Assembly: GCA_035286705.1 (NCBI GenBank)
Contig: DATECW010000088.1
Coordinates: forward strand, 2,853-66,852
Length of the DNA stretch: 64,000 nucleotides
Direction: 5' to 3'
Source of the DNA: Bacteroidota bacterium
GTDB taxonomy: Bacteria; Bacteroidota; Ignavibacteria; UBA10030
The notes under the pieces are model-generated. The model was given only the letters and a program-made list of their open reading frames with translations, was not told where the DNA came from and searched no databases. A program made the translations under genes and the position numbers. Below are positions 1 through 9,686 of this stretch, one piece after another. Within the stretch, counting starts at the first letter, position 1. Each line of letters opens with the position of its first letter.

Positions 1-159
1 TTGATCGAATGAAATTGGAGAGTATCCCCGTGGATGCGACGAACTTCAAAACGTTTCAAGAAACACAGTACGTTCAAACATATCGACCAGCCTGATGGCT
101 CTCCACAGCGCCGTCGAGGAAGACCCACGCGTTACTACATACAAGGAGACATCGTGAGA

Positions 160-1086
160 ATGCGAATAGTCAAAATCCTGACAATAATACTTGCCGTCAG
201 CCTTGGAACATCCTTTTCAGTCGCCGGGGAAAAGATGGGAATCTTGATTCTTGCTCACGGTAGCAAGGATAAGAGATGGGAAGATGCAGTCCGGAGTGTC
301 GCAGAGCCAATCAAACAGCGTTATCCGCTCGAGATTGCTTTTGGAATGGCCGATCCGGCAACCATGCAACAGGCCATCGACAAGTTGGAAGCCGAGGGCG
401 TGACAAGAATTGTAGTGGTTCCTTTATTTATCTCAAGCTACAGCCCCATCATACGCCAGAACGAATACTTGCTCGGGTTAAGAAAGAAACTTGCCGATCC
501 TCCGATGATGATGCAGCACTCGTCAGACGGACATGAAAGCAATCATCTCTCACACGGGGGAGAACTACCTTCACTCAGGCCATTGAGAGTGAATGCCCAG
601 GTAATTCTCACAAAAGCGCTTGATGATAATCCCCTCGTTGCCGAGATCCTTGATGAGAGGATTAACGAACTCAGCAAGGATCCCCCGAATGAAACGGTCA
701 TCCTCGTGGCTCATGGGCCAAACGACGAAGAGGATAACAGGAATTGGCTTGGGACAATGGAGAGTATTGCAGATCGAATCTACGTGTCGCGATCTGAGGC
801 CCGAATGAGATTCAAGCACATCTTTTGCGTGACCGTGCGCGATGACGCTGAAAAGGCCGTCCATGACCAGGCAAGACAACACCTGCGCTCATTGGTTCGT
901 CAGTCTGGAAAGAGCGGAGATGTCATTGTGATTCCCGTGTTTGTTGCGCAGGGTGGCGTAGAATTGAAGATTGTGGAAAGACTAGAAGGGTTGAAGTATA
1001 GATGGAGCGGAAAAACCCTTCTGCCTCATGGTAACATTCAGCGTTTCATAGAGGAATCAGTTCAACATCTCCCTGGTCTTGATTGA
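160..1086 (+). CDS. cbiX: Signal-peptide-bearing sirohydrochlorin cobaltochelatase CbiX-like protein with two tandem CbiX domains; likely periplasmic
   Basis: ORF 34-1086. An internal Met at 160 is followed by a hydrophobic signal peptide (MRIVKILTIILAVSLGTSFSVAG). Two repeats of the class II chelatase motif (ILILAHGSKD... and VILVAHGPNDEED...). The start at 160 is inferred. Confidence 0.6.
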   Translation: MRIVKILTIILAVSLGTSFSVAGEKMGILILAHGSKDKRWEDAVRSVAEPIKQRYPLEIAFGMADPATMQQAIDKLEAEGVTRIVVVPLFISSYSPIIRQNEYLLGLRKKLADPPMMMQHSSDGHESNHLSHGGELPSLRPLRVNAQVILTKALDDNPLVAEILDERINELSKDPPNETVILVAHGPNDEEDNRNWLGTMESIADRIYVSRSEARMRFKHIFCVTVRDDAEKAVHDQARQHLRSLVRQSGKSGDVIVIPVFVAQGGVELKIVERLEGLKYRWSGKTLLPHGNIQRFIEESVQHLPGLD

Positions 1087-1163
1087 GGACTGAAGCACTC
1101 GCACCGCTGAAAAATCGGTATTTGGGGCGGCAAAGCGAATTTGCCATATGTTCCCCTAGGATC

Positions 1164-1589
1164 TCAATGCTTGTGGCCGTGAAAGTTGGGTTTCACTTTT
1201 TCTTTCGTCACGCCTGGAATGTCCTTACCCTCTCCAAGCTGCCATCCTGCATAGCAATCGGAACAAATACCTTTTCCCTCTCTCAAGTCCTTGTTGCAGG
1301 TGCAGCTCTGATGGTCCAGCGCGCATCGGTCACACGGCGCCTTTATGCAGCAGTTATAATACATCTCCTCTTTCGCTTCAGCAAGAAGCTCTTTTGCTTT
1401 CTGAACTTTCTCCTTCGCCGTGAGGCTGTCCGATTGTTTCTGAGACTTCGATTGAATGTTCTGCTGATCTGCCGCCGGTTTCGCAGTTTCCTGTTTCCCG
1501 TGGCCGGCATGCTTTTCCTGCGCAGTTGTCGTCGCGGAAAAAGCGACCGCTGCAATGACAATCAAACAAGCAATGATGATGCGCTGCAT
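1164..1589 (-). CDS. Secreted Cys-rich hypothetical protein with a His-rich C-terminus (HGHKH); possible metal binding
   Basis: N-terminal signal peptide. A Lys/Gln-rich linker, then a 12-Cys module (YYNCCIKAPCDRCALDHQSCTCNKDL...CSDCYAGW). No family recognised. Confidence 0.45.
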   Translation of the reverse strand: MQRIIIACLIVIAAVAFSATTTAQEKHAGHGKQETAKPAADQQNIQSKSQKQSDSLTAKEKVQKAKELLAEAKEEMYYNCCIKAPCDRCALDHQSCTCNKDLREGKGICSDCYAGWQLGEGKDIPGVTKEKVKPNFHGHKH

Positions 1590-1668
1590 AGCTCCTCCTT
1601 CAAGGTATTATTGGTTTGTGAACGGCGTGAATTCTCTTGTTTTTTCGTCGCTTCATGAGGCGACGATT

Positions 1669-2436
1669 TCAGCGCGTCAGTCTGTAAATCGCTACGTTTG
1701 TCCACAGACTGTTAAGGCGACCGGCAGCAAGTTGAGAGAGTCGAATATGCGCCAACAGTACCGGATGCTGAGGATCAACCGACACTTGCCCCAGACCCTG
1801 TTTGTCCGTTCTCACAACGGTCGTGTTCCGGTTCGTTATCACGCGAACCGGAGCATTGGAGACTGCCACACCTTCATAGAGCAACTGGAACTGAATGGTC
1901 GCCCGATCCTGCCCGGTATCCTTCCACGATTTCACCACTATCTCCAACGGCAATCCGAGCACTGAATCCTGCGGCGTATGAGAATCCGTTGCGACAACGA
2001 TCTTCATAATGCGGCTGTACGTTTCCCTGAATTCCTCAACGTGAGGCGTGAGGTAGTGTGACGCCTCTCTCTTTGTCAGTCCGATCTCTTCTCGTAGATA
2101 CTGTTCAGCCAGATCTCCTTTGAACGTGATCTCCCGCTGCTTCACACCCGTTGCAACGATCATGGTTGGCTCGGGAGGAAGCGAACCCAACAAGGTCGAA
2201 TCCGACGGGTCGCCTGCAAGGGCAATGGAGACGCCGGCGGGTAAATAGGCACGCGGGTCAACGAAGCGGTCAACACCTTTGATGGGCTCTCCATGCGGAA
2301 AATGCTCCGCAACAAGCGCAGAGATCGTGATCCGCGTCTTATCCTTGTTCCATTTCGCTGCGAGCCAGGCATCATGGGCATGAGCGGAAAGTGTGACAAG
2401 AACCATCACCACGACAGCACCGGAGACACGTTTCAT
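1669..2436 (-). CDS. Periplasmic DUF4198/COG5266 (CbiK-like) putative metal-binding protein
   Basis: Signal peptide ends ...LSAHA, with mature N-terminal His (HDAWL...) as in DUF4198 proteins. Size about 255 aa. Family assignment is from memory, not a search. Confidence 0.45.
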   Translation of the reverse strand: MKRVSGAVVVMVLVTLSAHAHDAWLAAKWNKDKTRITISALVAEHFPHGEPIKGVDRFVDPRAYLPAGVSIALAGDPSDSTLLGSLPPEPTMIVATGVKQREITFKGDLAEQYLREEIGLTKREASHYLTPHVEEFRETYSRIMKIVVATDSHTPQDSVLGLPLEIVVKSWKDTGQDRATIQFQLLYEGVAVSNAPVRVITNRNTTVVRTDKQGLGQVSVDPQHPVLLAHIRLSQLAAGRLNSLWTNVAIYRLTR

Positions 2437-2484
2437 GAAACCTCCCTTTCTAATGGTCCGACGAGTTTCTTTTCTTCCAAGAAC

Positions 2485-3216
2485 CTATTGCGCAACAGCC
2501 AGATGACGTTCTGTGTGTACTGACACATCATCGCTGAGCCTTCCATCTCTCAGGTAAATACATCGTTTTGCAAATCGAAGGTTTTCCGGATTGTGAGTTA
2601 CCATGATGATCGTGTGCCCTTCGGAATTCAGGCGTTGAAGAATCTTCATGATTTCATCGCTCGTCCCGGTATCCAGGTTCCCTGTCGGTTCGTCAGCAAG
2701 AACAATCGGCGGCTGATTCACAAGTCCACGCGCAATCGCAACCCGCTGCTGCTCCCCCCCGCTCAGCTCATCCGGAAGCCGAAATGCTTTTGAGCCCAAA
2801 CCGACATTTTCGAGAATCGCTTTTGCCATGATCTCTTGCTCATCGTTGTTGCGACCTGTGATGACCAATGGGATCATGACGTTCTCGAGAATGGTCAAAT
2901 ACGGCAACAATTGAAAGGACTGAAACACGAAGCCCAGATACTCACGGCGAAAATCCGCCCTGCGTTCGTCGCTCAACGAATACACATCAATGCCATCCAC
3001 AATGACCGACCCCTCAGACGGATGATTCAATCCACCCAGAATAGACAGGAGCGTGCTTTTACCGGAGCCTGACGGGCCCATGACCGCGACGAATTCTCCC
3101 TGAGCGATTTCAACCGAAACTCCGTCCAGCGCAGGGACGCACTCTTTACCGGTGTTATATGTTTTTTTCAATTGCTGAATCTGGACAAGGCTCATATTCT
3201 TCGTTCCATTGTTCAC
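2485..3216 (-). CDS. ABC transporter ATP-binding protein (MacB/LolD-type)
   Basis: Walker A GPSGSGKST, signature LSGGEQQRVAIARGL and Walker B ILADEPTGNLD. Confidence 0.9.
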   Translation of the reverse strand: MNNGTKNMSLVQIQQLKKTYNTGKECVPALDGVSVEIAQGEFVAVMGPSGSGKSTLLSILGGLNHPSEGSVIVDGIDVYSLSDERRADFRREYLGFVFQSFQLLPYLTILENVMIPLVITGRNNDEQEIMAKAILENVGLGSKAFRLPDELSGGEQQRVAIARGLVNQPPIVLADEPTGNLDTGTSDEIMKILQRLNSEGHTIIMVTHNPENLRFAKRCIYLRDGRLSDDVSVHTERHLAVAQ

Positions 3217-3229
3217 AAATTAAGAATGC

Positions 3230-4390
3230 CTACAATGCCTTTAGGGCGACCGTCGGATCGAGCCGCGACGCCTTATATGCAGGGTAGATACTTGAAACCA
3301 GTCCCACGGAAACAGCGAGCATTATCGAAAATGCAAACAATGCATAATCGGCTGACCAGCCGGCCGTCCCATTCACTGTCATCAATGGAGTTACCAACTG
3401 TGCAGCACCTGCACCGATGAAATATCCGCTCACCCCCGACAGAAAGCTCGTGAGAAATGCCTCCGTGAGAATGATCTTCATGACATGGGTTTGGCGGAAC
3501 CCGATGGCGCGGAAGATACCGATCTCCCTTGTTCGTTCATTCACGGACGCCATCATATTCGTGATAACAATAAGAGCTGCCACGAGGAGGACCACCCCGG
3601 AGATCCCATACGAGAAATGCTCAAACCGGTGCATCGCCTCCATTTTTGATTCAATCGTCTGACGAATGGCCACCACCTTCGCCCCGGGCAATTTCTCCGA
3701 TGTCTGGCGCACAATCTCCTCGATGGGACAGTCGTAACAGAGAGCCGCGACTTCGACGAGGCTCAATTCATCCGGTTTGCCGAACAATCGCTGGGCTTCC
3801 GCAAGATCAATGAATACAACGCCATCGTCTTGCGAACCGGTTGGTTCGAGGACCCCCGCAACGGTAAACGATTCTCCTTGGATCTCGAAAGACTGGTTCA
3901 AGTCGAGCCCGAGCGACTTCTTCGCGTCTGCTCCAATGATCGCCTGATCCTTCGTTGCCGGTCTCCGTCCAACCAACTTCCACCATTTCTTCAGTTGCAG
4001 TTCTTGATCGAACTCGACACCGACAACGAGGACGGTTCGGTCTATCACCTCGGTTATATTGAGAAGCTTCGGAGCGATGATCCTAATATTCTTGCTGTTC
4101 TCGATCGTGAGAATCTCCTGCGCGTCTTTTGTACGAAGCTGCTTCACATCCAAAGCAACGCCAGAGACCGCCATTCCACCGTAGTTCAGCGAGAGGTCAT
4201 CAGATTTTGGAGTGATGAGAATATTCGCTCCAAACTCGTCTAATTTGTTGGCAATATCTGCATTCATGATCCTGGCCACCGTAATGAGTGTGACAACCGT
4301 ACTGACGGCAATGGTTAGTCCAAGAACAAGAAAGAGCATCTTGGACTTTCGCCGTCGAAGATTGTTGAGCGAGATGTTGTAGAGTTTCAT
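3230..4390 (-). CDS. ABC transporter permease, FtsX/MacB family
   Basis: N-terminal TM helix, large periplasmic domain, three C-terminal TM helices. Size and topology fit FtsX-like permeases. Adjacent to the ABC ATPase. Confidence 0.8.
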   Translation of the reverse strand: MKLYNISLNNLRRRKSKMLFLVLGLTIAVSTVVTLITVARIMNADIANKLDEFGANILITPKSDDLSLNYGGMAVSGVALDVKQLRTKDAQEILTIENSKNIRIIAPKLLNITEVIDRTVLVVGVEFDQELQLKKWWKLVGRRPATKDQAIIGADAKKSLGLDLNQSFEIQGESFTVAGVLEPTGSQDDGVVFIDLAEAQRLFGKPDELSLVEVAALCYDCPIEEIVRQTSEKLPGAKVVAIRQTIESKMEAMHRFEHFSYGISGVVLLVAALIVITNMMASVNERTREIGIFRAIGFRQTHVMKIILTEAFLTSFLSGVSGYFIGAGAAQLVTPLMTVNGTAGWSADYALFAFSIMLAVSVGLVSSIYPAYKASRLDPTVALKAL

Positions 4391-4458
4391 TGTAATCTTT
4401 GATTGTTCGTTTTCTGCATCCCGCTGTTCTTGGGCGGGAACGATAGGCGACTATCGAC

Positions 4459-5133
4459 TTAGATTCGCCTCTGCCACCGGACGACCAATTGCTCGTCGAT
4501 CTGAATTTCGTTCCCAGCGACGGTATTGGGGAGGGCGTCCGGCGGGTACTTCCCGCATGAACCACTCACCGGCTCGAGATCGTTCAACTCCCATGTCGAG
4601 CCGCAAGAGTTGCAAACCAGCTTGTCGCCCTTCATGTGGAACCGAGTCGAATTGCACGGTTCACACATGCTCACGGCTGTCACCACCTTTCCCTCGCCGG
4701 TGATATAGGCAAGAAGGGGTATATTGTTCAGTTCGGTGGAATACTGAAAGGCAATGAACTTCCGTTCCCTGAGCAGGTCGAGTGGTAGTATGATCTTTCG
4801 ATTCTCGACTTTTGCAGGGACATCGATCATCTGCTCTCCCGTCACACTGTAGCTCGCAGGCGAGACAATTGCTGGAGACGCCTTGATGACTGGGTTACCG
4901 CTCTCTGGAAGGTTGAAATATACCCAGCCGCCGAACACGGCAACAACTCCGAGCGCGATGAATATTTTCAACCGATTCTTGCCCGACGGTCTATGGTTTG
5001 CCACAACTCGGTCGTGTTTTTCCTGCCAAAGAGGTTTTGCCGGTTTCTTCCCGGTCAGTGAAGCTCCGCATCCGATGCAGAAGTTCGAATCAGGCTCGAG
5101 AGCCTTTCCACATTCTGAACAAAAGTTTGCCAT
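4459..5133 (-). CDS. Zinc-ribbon / TM / Cys-rich membrane protein (DUF2318-like)
   Basis: N-terminal CxxC...CxxC zinc ribbon (CSECG...CIGCG), one TM helix, C-terminal CEPCN...CNSCGS...CGKY motifs. Resembles the DUF2318 membrane proteins that accompany FtsX-type ABC transporters. Confidence 0.5.
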   Translation of the reverse strand: MANFCSECGKALEPDSNFCIGCGASLTGKKPAKPLWQEKHDRVVANHRPSGKNRLKIFIALGVVAVFGGWVYFNLPESGNPVIKASPAIVSPASYSVTGEQMIDVPAKVENRKIILPLDLLRERKFIAFQYSTELNNIPLLAYITGEGKVVTAVSMCEPCNSTRFHMKGDKLVCNSCGSTWELNDLEPVSGSCGKYPPDALPNTVAGNEIQIDEQLVVRWQRRI

Positions 5134-5168
5134 GATGTTGCTCCTGTTGTGATTCGGTTTCTGTTGAT

Positions 5169-7361
5169 TTACAATCTTGCACTTACACCTATGACCGGAA
5201 GAAATGGAATGATTGTTAGTTGTTCTTTCGAAGAATACGTCTCATCCCACATGTAGTGCACGATGTTCTTTTGATTGTAGGCATTCAGTACTTCCAAATA
5301 GACATCGAGATCGAACGATGCAAATTGAAAATGTCGAGTTACACGAACGTCGAGTCGATTATATGCCGAATAACGATCCGAGTTATGGATGCCGGGAATG
5401 GGAAACCAGCGTTCTTCGTTCGGGTCGTACCAGGACGAAGCGACCGGTGTGTATGGCCTTCCGCTGCCATAGCGGAAGCGCAAACCGGCTTGCCAATGTT
5501 CCGAGAATTTGTAGTTTGAAACGACACTTATCAAGTGTGGCCGGTCAAAATCGAAAACGTGCAGATCGCTGTTTGTTCCTTCTCTCCGCTTTGACAGAGA
5601 ATAGGTGTACGACAACCAGCCGAAGAATCCTTGACCATTCTTGAGTTGAACGTAAGACTCTACGCCGCGTGAGTATCCGTCGCCATTATTGGAAAGATTC
5701 CAAAGCGAATCGATTGTAATGAGTCGAGAAAGATTCTTGTTGTACAGCTCAAGGCTCACCACCATTGCGTCACCCACCTCGTGCCTGATGCCGATGCCAT
5801 AGCTTTCAGCACGCTTGGATTTGAGATTGCTGTTGATATCCAGCTCAAACGGTCGTGGTGACTGATAATACCATCCGTAGCCTGCCGAAAGACTCATGTG
5901 TTCATTCCAGGCATAGGAAAGATTGAATCGCGGGGAGAACGTACTCTCCTTGCTTTTCGCAATGTAGTCATATCGAACACCAACGCTCGCACTTAGCGAT
6001 GGGGAGATGGTCCATCTGTCATCAACATAAAGTGAAGGCTTCATGGATGTTCCGGTTCCCCGAAGTTTTAGCTCGTTGAAGTTCAAGGCTATTTCGAGCG
6101 GGACATCAATGGTGACATCTTCCTTCTCTCGACCGAGCCATCCGCCGATATGCAGCTCATTTGCGGGAAAGATGACGGTGAAATCCTGCTTGAGCGTCCA
6201 TTCTTGAATGTTGTATGCTTCTACGGCATTACGCGGTTGAACGGAAGAGCTTTTCGCTTGACTCCATGAGACGATAAAATCCGAAAGAAAGAACTCGCCG
6301 AGCAGAGAGCGAAGGCGGCCTGTTACAACACCGCTTTTGTTTTCCCAGGAAAAATCTCCTGTGTAGTTGGGACGGTCAAAAAAACCGTACATCCGTTCTC
6401 TGGAGTAAAGCCCGGAGAAGGTCAATTTATGGTCTTGTGAAAGGTTGAAATCCACTTTTGAGTTAATATCAAAGAAGTACGGCAGCACGCTGTAATCGCT
6501 GGCAAGATCAGTATATTTGAGCAGCACGTCGAAATAACTCCGCCGGGCAGAGAGCATTGCTGTGCCATTGGCAAATGCGAGCGGCACTTCGACTGTTCCA
6601 CTCGCATCCGACATGCTGATCGATGCCTCGCCATTCAGCTTCTCCATATTGCCGGTCCGATTCTCAATCAACAACACCGAAGAGAGCCTATCACCATAGC
6701 GGGCAGGGAATCCCGCCGCATAGAACTCGACTTTCTCGACGAGTCGGGAGTTGAAAATGCTCCAGTAGCCGCCGCCCATCATATCGAAATGGAATGGGTT
6801 TCGGATTGTTGCGCCGTCGTACAGCACGAGATTTTCATCCGGACTTCCGCCGCGCACGTAGAGCTTTGAATTGTCACCATCGGATGCGATTCCTGGGAGT
6901 GTCTGAACCACCCAGAAGATATCCTGGGCGGAACCTGGTGTATTGACCACCATTTGTTTTCCGAGACGCGCTGTGATGCCGCTTGCATCGTAGCGCTCGG
7001 GTTTCGGTGTAATGACGATTTCTTCCGTTTCCAAAGCTGTTTCTTCCAGCAGCACGTCAATAACATTTTCCCCCTGTTTGATTCGAACGTTTGAAACGAG
7101 CTTCTCCTTGAAACCGATCATCGAAAATCTCACGGTATACGTTCCAATCGGGATATTTTGAATAGAGTAACGTCCCTGTGAATTTGTTGCAGATCCAATG
7201 TTCGTGCCCTTGAGAATAACGTTGACCAGCTCAAGCGGCTGCTTTGATCCCTTGTCCAGCACAACTCCTTCAAGACTGCCCGTTTGCGCTTGTGCGGGGA
7301 GACAAACGACTGTGAGTGCAAACAATAAGACCATTAGAGACGATTTCATTTTGTGTCTCAT
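5169..7361 (-). CDS. TonB-dependent outer-membrane receptor with N-terminal CarboxypepD_reg-like domain
   Basis: Signal peptide, then a CarboxypepD_reg-like region (GVVLD...QPLELVNVILKGTNIGSATNSQGRYSIQNIPIGTYTV), plug and about 22-strand barrel length. The start may be at the MKSSL Met (7349). Confidence 0.8.
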   Translation of the reverse strand: MRHKMKSSLMVLLFALTVVCLPAQAQTGSLEGVVLDKGSKQPLELVNVILKGTNIGSATNSQGRYSIQNIPIGTYTVRFSMIGFKEKLVSNVRIKQGENVIDVLLEETALETEEIVITPKPERYDASGITARLGKQMVVNTPGSAQDIFWVVQTLPGIASDGDNSKLYVRGGSPDENLVLYDGATIRNPFHFDMMGGGYWSIFNSRLVEKVEFYAAGFPARYGDRLSSVLLIENRTGNMEKLNGEASISMSDASGTVEVPLAFANGTAMLSARRSYFDVLLKYTDLASDYSVLPYFFDINSKVDFNLSQDHKLTFSGLYSRERMYGFFDRPNYTGDFSWENKSGVVTGRLRSLLGEFFLSDFIVSWSQAKSSSVQPRNAVEAYNIQEWTLKQDFTVIFPANELHIGGWLGREKEDVTIDVPLEIALNFNELKLRGTGTSMKPSLYVDDRWTISPSLSASVGVRYDYIAKSKESTFSPRFNLSYAWNEHMSLSAGYGWYYQSPRPFELDINSNLKSKRAESYGIGIRHEVGDAMVVSLELYNKNLSRLITIDSLWNLSNNGDGYSRGVESYVQLKNGQGFFGWLSYTYSLSKRREGTNSDLHVFDFDRPHLISVVSNYKFSEHWQAGLRFRYGSGRPYTPVASSWYDPNEERWFPIPGIHNSDRYSAYNRLDVRVTRHFQFASFDLDVYLEVLNAYNQKNIVHYMWDETYSSKEQLTIIPFLPVIGVSARL

Positions 7362-7365
7362 TGAC

Positions 7366-8295
7366 TTAGAATTTGCGCCCTCCGTACTTTTTTTCTACCT
7401 CATCGACTAGCTGCACGATAGTGTATGTGCCCTCGCGAATCTTGTCATCAACAAAAGTCTTGACCTCCTGTGCTCCGCGTGGATGAGCACAACTGCAGTC
7501 TTTCAGTTCATCAATGCCGCATTGACCGCACGGGCACGTGAAGCGTGAAAAGACTTCCACTCGATCCGCAATGGTTGCGGGCTTGGAGGTGTTGGAGATT
7601 CTTGAAGCTAAGGCGAACATCTCGCTTACCGGCTGTTTGGGTACCGTGAGCTTTGTCGATTGCCCTGTCGTGTGGGCAAGAGAATCGTAGCGAGAGGAAA
7701 GCGCGGACTTCATCCACCCGAACGTGTTATTGACGGCAAGTATGATTTCCTGCGATGATTTTCCGGATTGAAGGTTCGTCCTGATGAATTGCCGTTCCTG
7801 TATGGCGGTGTTGCACCGGCAGGTATCGAGAGGCTGTTCCCCACACGCTCCGCACGAACAAATGAATTGTGAGGCAATGTCCAGCACTTTCCTCTCCAAG
7901 GCCGCATCGCTGCTCTTCAACTCCACGAGAGAGGCTTGTGGTTCCGGTTTCCCCCGCTCACCACGCTCGTAGAGTACAACAATGAAGAGAATCCCGGCAG
8001 TCAACAAGATAAGACCGACTACTCCGGGACTCCGGCGCCATTTCGTATCGACTCGTCGATCCTTTTTCTTGTATCGCGCTTGTGCTGGAGCCAGTTGTCG
8101 AGGGTGATGAGCTCGTTCTTGCCGAATTTCGGAACCGCAATTTGCGCAGAACTTCGCCCCTGGAATGCTTTCAAAGCTGCATGTAGGGCATGGCCTCAAA
8201 TCATTTGCCTTCTCTGTTTTCCCAACCTCAATACCACAGTTCGCACAAAACTTTGTATTATCCCTGTTTTCCGCACCACATTCGTTGCACTTCAT
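7366..8295 (-). CDS. Membrane-anchored protein with an N-terminal double zinc ribbon and two C-terminal PCYCGC-like Cys modules
   Basis: MKCNECGAE...FCANCG and CPTCSF...FCANCG are two zinc ribbons. One TM helix follows. Then two repeats: FICSCGACGEQPLDTCRCN and FTCPCGQCGIDELKDCSCAH. Confidence 0.55.
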   Translation of the reverse strand: MKCNECGAENRDNTKFCANCGIEVGKTEKANDLRPCPTCSFESIPGAKFCANCGSEIRQERAHHPRQLAPAQARYKKKDRRVDTKWRRSPGVVGLILLTAGILFIVVLYERGERGKPEPQASLVELKSSDAALERKVLDIASQFICSCGACGEQPLDTCRCNTAIQERQFIRTNLQSGKSSQEIILAVNNTFGWMKSALSSRYDSLAHTTGQSTKLTVPKQPVSEMFALASRISNTSKPATIADRVEVFSRFTCPCGQCGIDELKDCSCAHPRGAQEVKTFVDDKIREGTYTIVQLVDEVEKKYGGRKF

Positions 8296-8315
8296 TTCAA
8301 AATCCTTTCATTGAA

Positions 8316-8666
8316 TCACTTCCTCGCTGTGAGTTTCTCAGCCTCTAATCCATCTCCAATCTGTCCTGAGACAAGTTCAACTTCAGCTCTCGTCTCATCA
8401 ACAAGACGCATAACCTTAACAATGCCGAGTTCTTGCTTGTGGGGCAAAGGGGCACTGGCGCCATGATTGTGTCCGCCGCTTGAGGTTGAAGGCTGATGAT
8501 ATTGGTAGAGAATAAAAAGGTCTCCCACTTTTACATCGGCTCCCTTGGAGAATTCGAGGTAGATCTCTTTCGGGAGGCCATCGACGACTTGAATCCGGTA
8601 CGATGTGCTGCATGAAGAAACAAATAAAGAAAGGACGGATAGAGTACCATATGCAAGATATTTCAT
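8316..8666 (-). CDS. Small lipoprotein with a His-rich insert; paralog of the 10324-10710 product
   Basis: Lipobox LFVSSC. VKVGDLFILYQY and IVKVMRLVDE...EVELVSGQIG blocks are shared with the 10324-10710 product. Carries a GGHNHGASAPLPH insert. Confidence 0.5.
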   Translation of the reverse strand: MKYLAYGTLSVLSLFVSSCSTSYRIQVVDGLPKEIYLEFSKGADVKVGDLFILYQYHQPSTSSGGHNHGASAPLPHKQELGIVKVMRLVDETRAEVELVSGQIGDGLEAEKLTARK

Positions 8667-8680
8667 ATTTGTTCCCTCGT

Positions 8681-9337
8681 CTAGAACATGCTTCCCCCAC
8701 GTGCAGCCCAGATGACGATCATCACAGCCCCCATGACGATGCCGCCAATGATGAGATAGTCCGACATTCCTCCCCTCCGGTCCATCATCATGCTGCCGTG
8801 GCCATCTCCTGATGCTGCCGGGTGCCTTGTCGTTTCGATGATAACCTCAGGCCGTAATCGTCGCTCGCCCAGCGCGCCAATGTGAAACATGGTCTTGTGC
8901 TCACTCGCCTGGGAAGGTGTAAAGCTGACGACATAGACTCCTGGTTGCGCGCTTTCCTCGACTTCCTGGTCAAAATTCATATCATGCTCCGGCGACAGAA
9001 GAACGCGCGTGGAGTCGCCCTCGCCATACATCGCGCTCATATGGCGTTCTTCTGGCGCATGCAAGAACGATGTGTGGAAGGAAACCTTCGCGTTCGAGAC
9101 GGGTTGGCCGGTTGTCTTATCCACGAGCTTGAGGGTAAAAACCGCCTTTTCACCCACTTGAAGTGGTGGGAAGAGTGCAATTGCCTTCACATCTCCGAAT
9201 TCGACTTCCTTTTCAAGAGCTGATTCAAGTGCCATCTGGTGGCTCCCCGAATCCATTCTTCCGTGAGTTCCCATCATCCCGACACCCATGCAGGATACGA
9301 GGAACAGACTTAGAGTAAATGCGACCATGCTTTTCAT
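8681..9337 (-). CDS. Secreted protein with C-terminal TM anchor; Ig-like (YtkA/FixH-like) putative metal-binding domain
   Basis: Signal peptide. TLKLVDKTTGQPVSNAKVSF block is similar to TLTDEKSSQPVEKAKVTIEI in the 12037-12879 product. His/Met-rich tail (DGHGSMMMDRRGGM) and a final TM helix. Confidence 0.45.
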   Translation of the reverse strand: MKSMVAFTLSLFLVSCMGVGMMGTHGRMDSGSHQMALESALEKEVEFGDVKAIALFPPLQVGEKAVFTLKLVDKTTGQPVSNAKVSFHTSFLHAPEERHMSAMYGEGDSTRVLLSPEHDMNFDQEVEESAQPGVYVVSFTPSQASEHKTMFHIGALGERRLRPEVIIETTRHPAASGDGHGSMMMDRRGGMSDYLIIGGIVMGAVMIVIWAARGGSMF

Positions 9338-9367
9338 TGTTTTTGATCCTTTTGTGAATTCCGTGTG

Positions 9368-9676
9368 TCAGGCTCCGACATATTGTTTCGGACTGCTCTC
9401 AAACTGTTCCCGGCAGGCGTGCGAGCAAAAATAGAACCGGATCCCTTTGTACTCAACGAAATATGGGGGACTGTTCTTATCCACATTCATTCCACAAACG
9501 AGGTCGATGGCTGTTTCACCATCATTTGTCCCGGATGTGAAGTAGCCTGGATCCTTGATGAAGGTCAACATGCACTCTGCGCTGCAGAAGTAGTATGTCT
9601 TGTCGAGAAATGTCTTTACGACCGTCCTCGAATCATCTTCTTCGATATCCATTCCACAGACGATGTCCCGTATCAT
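9368..9676 (-). CDS. Tandem YHS/TRASH-domain metal-binding protein
   Basis: Two copies of VCGM...(Y)YFCS..C (VCGMDIEEDD...YYFCSAEC and VCGMNVDKNS...FYFCSHAC). The start is chosen at the Met just before the first VCGM. Confidence 0.7.
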   Translation of the reverse strand: MIRDIVCGMDIEEDDSRTVVKTFLDKTYYFCSAECMLTFIKDPGYFTSGTNDGETAIDLVCGMNVDKNSPPYFVEYKGIRFYFCSHACREQFESSPKQYVGA

Positions 9677-9686
9677 GGCTTCCCTT

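Noticed and set aside
1126-1146. GGCAAA-gcgaa-TTTGCC hairpin after cbiX as a rho-independent terminator
   Set aside because: Short 6-bp stem with no adjacent T-run on either strand. Left uncalled.
1609-1660. Hairpin tcgtcgc-ttcatgag-gcgacga as a terminator between the Cys-rich gene and the DUF4198 gene
   Set aside because: On the minus-strand transcript the hairpin is followed by an A-run, not a U-run. On the plus strand no gene ends there. Probably just an intergenic stem.
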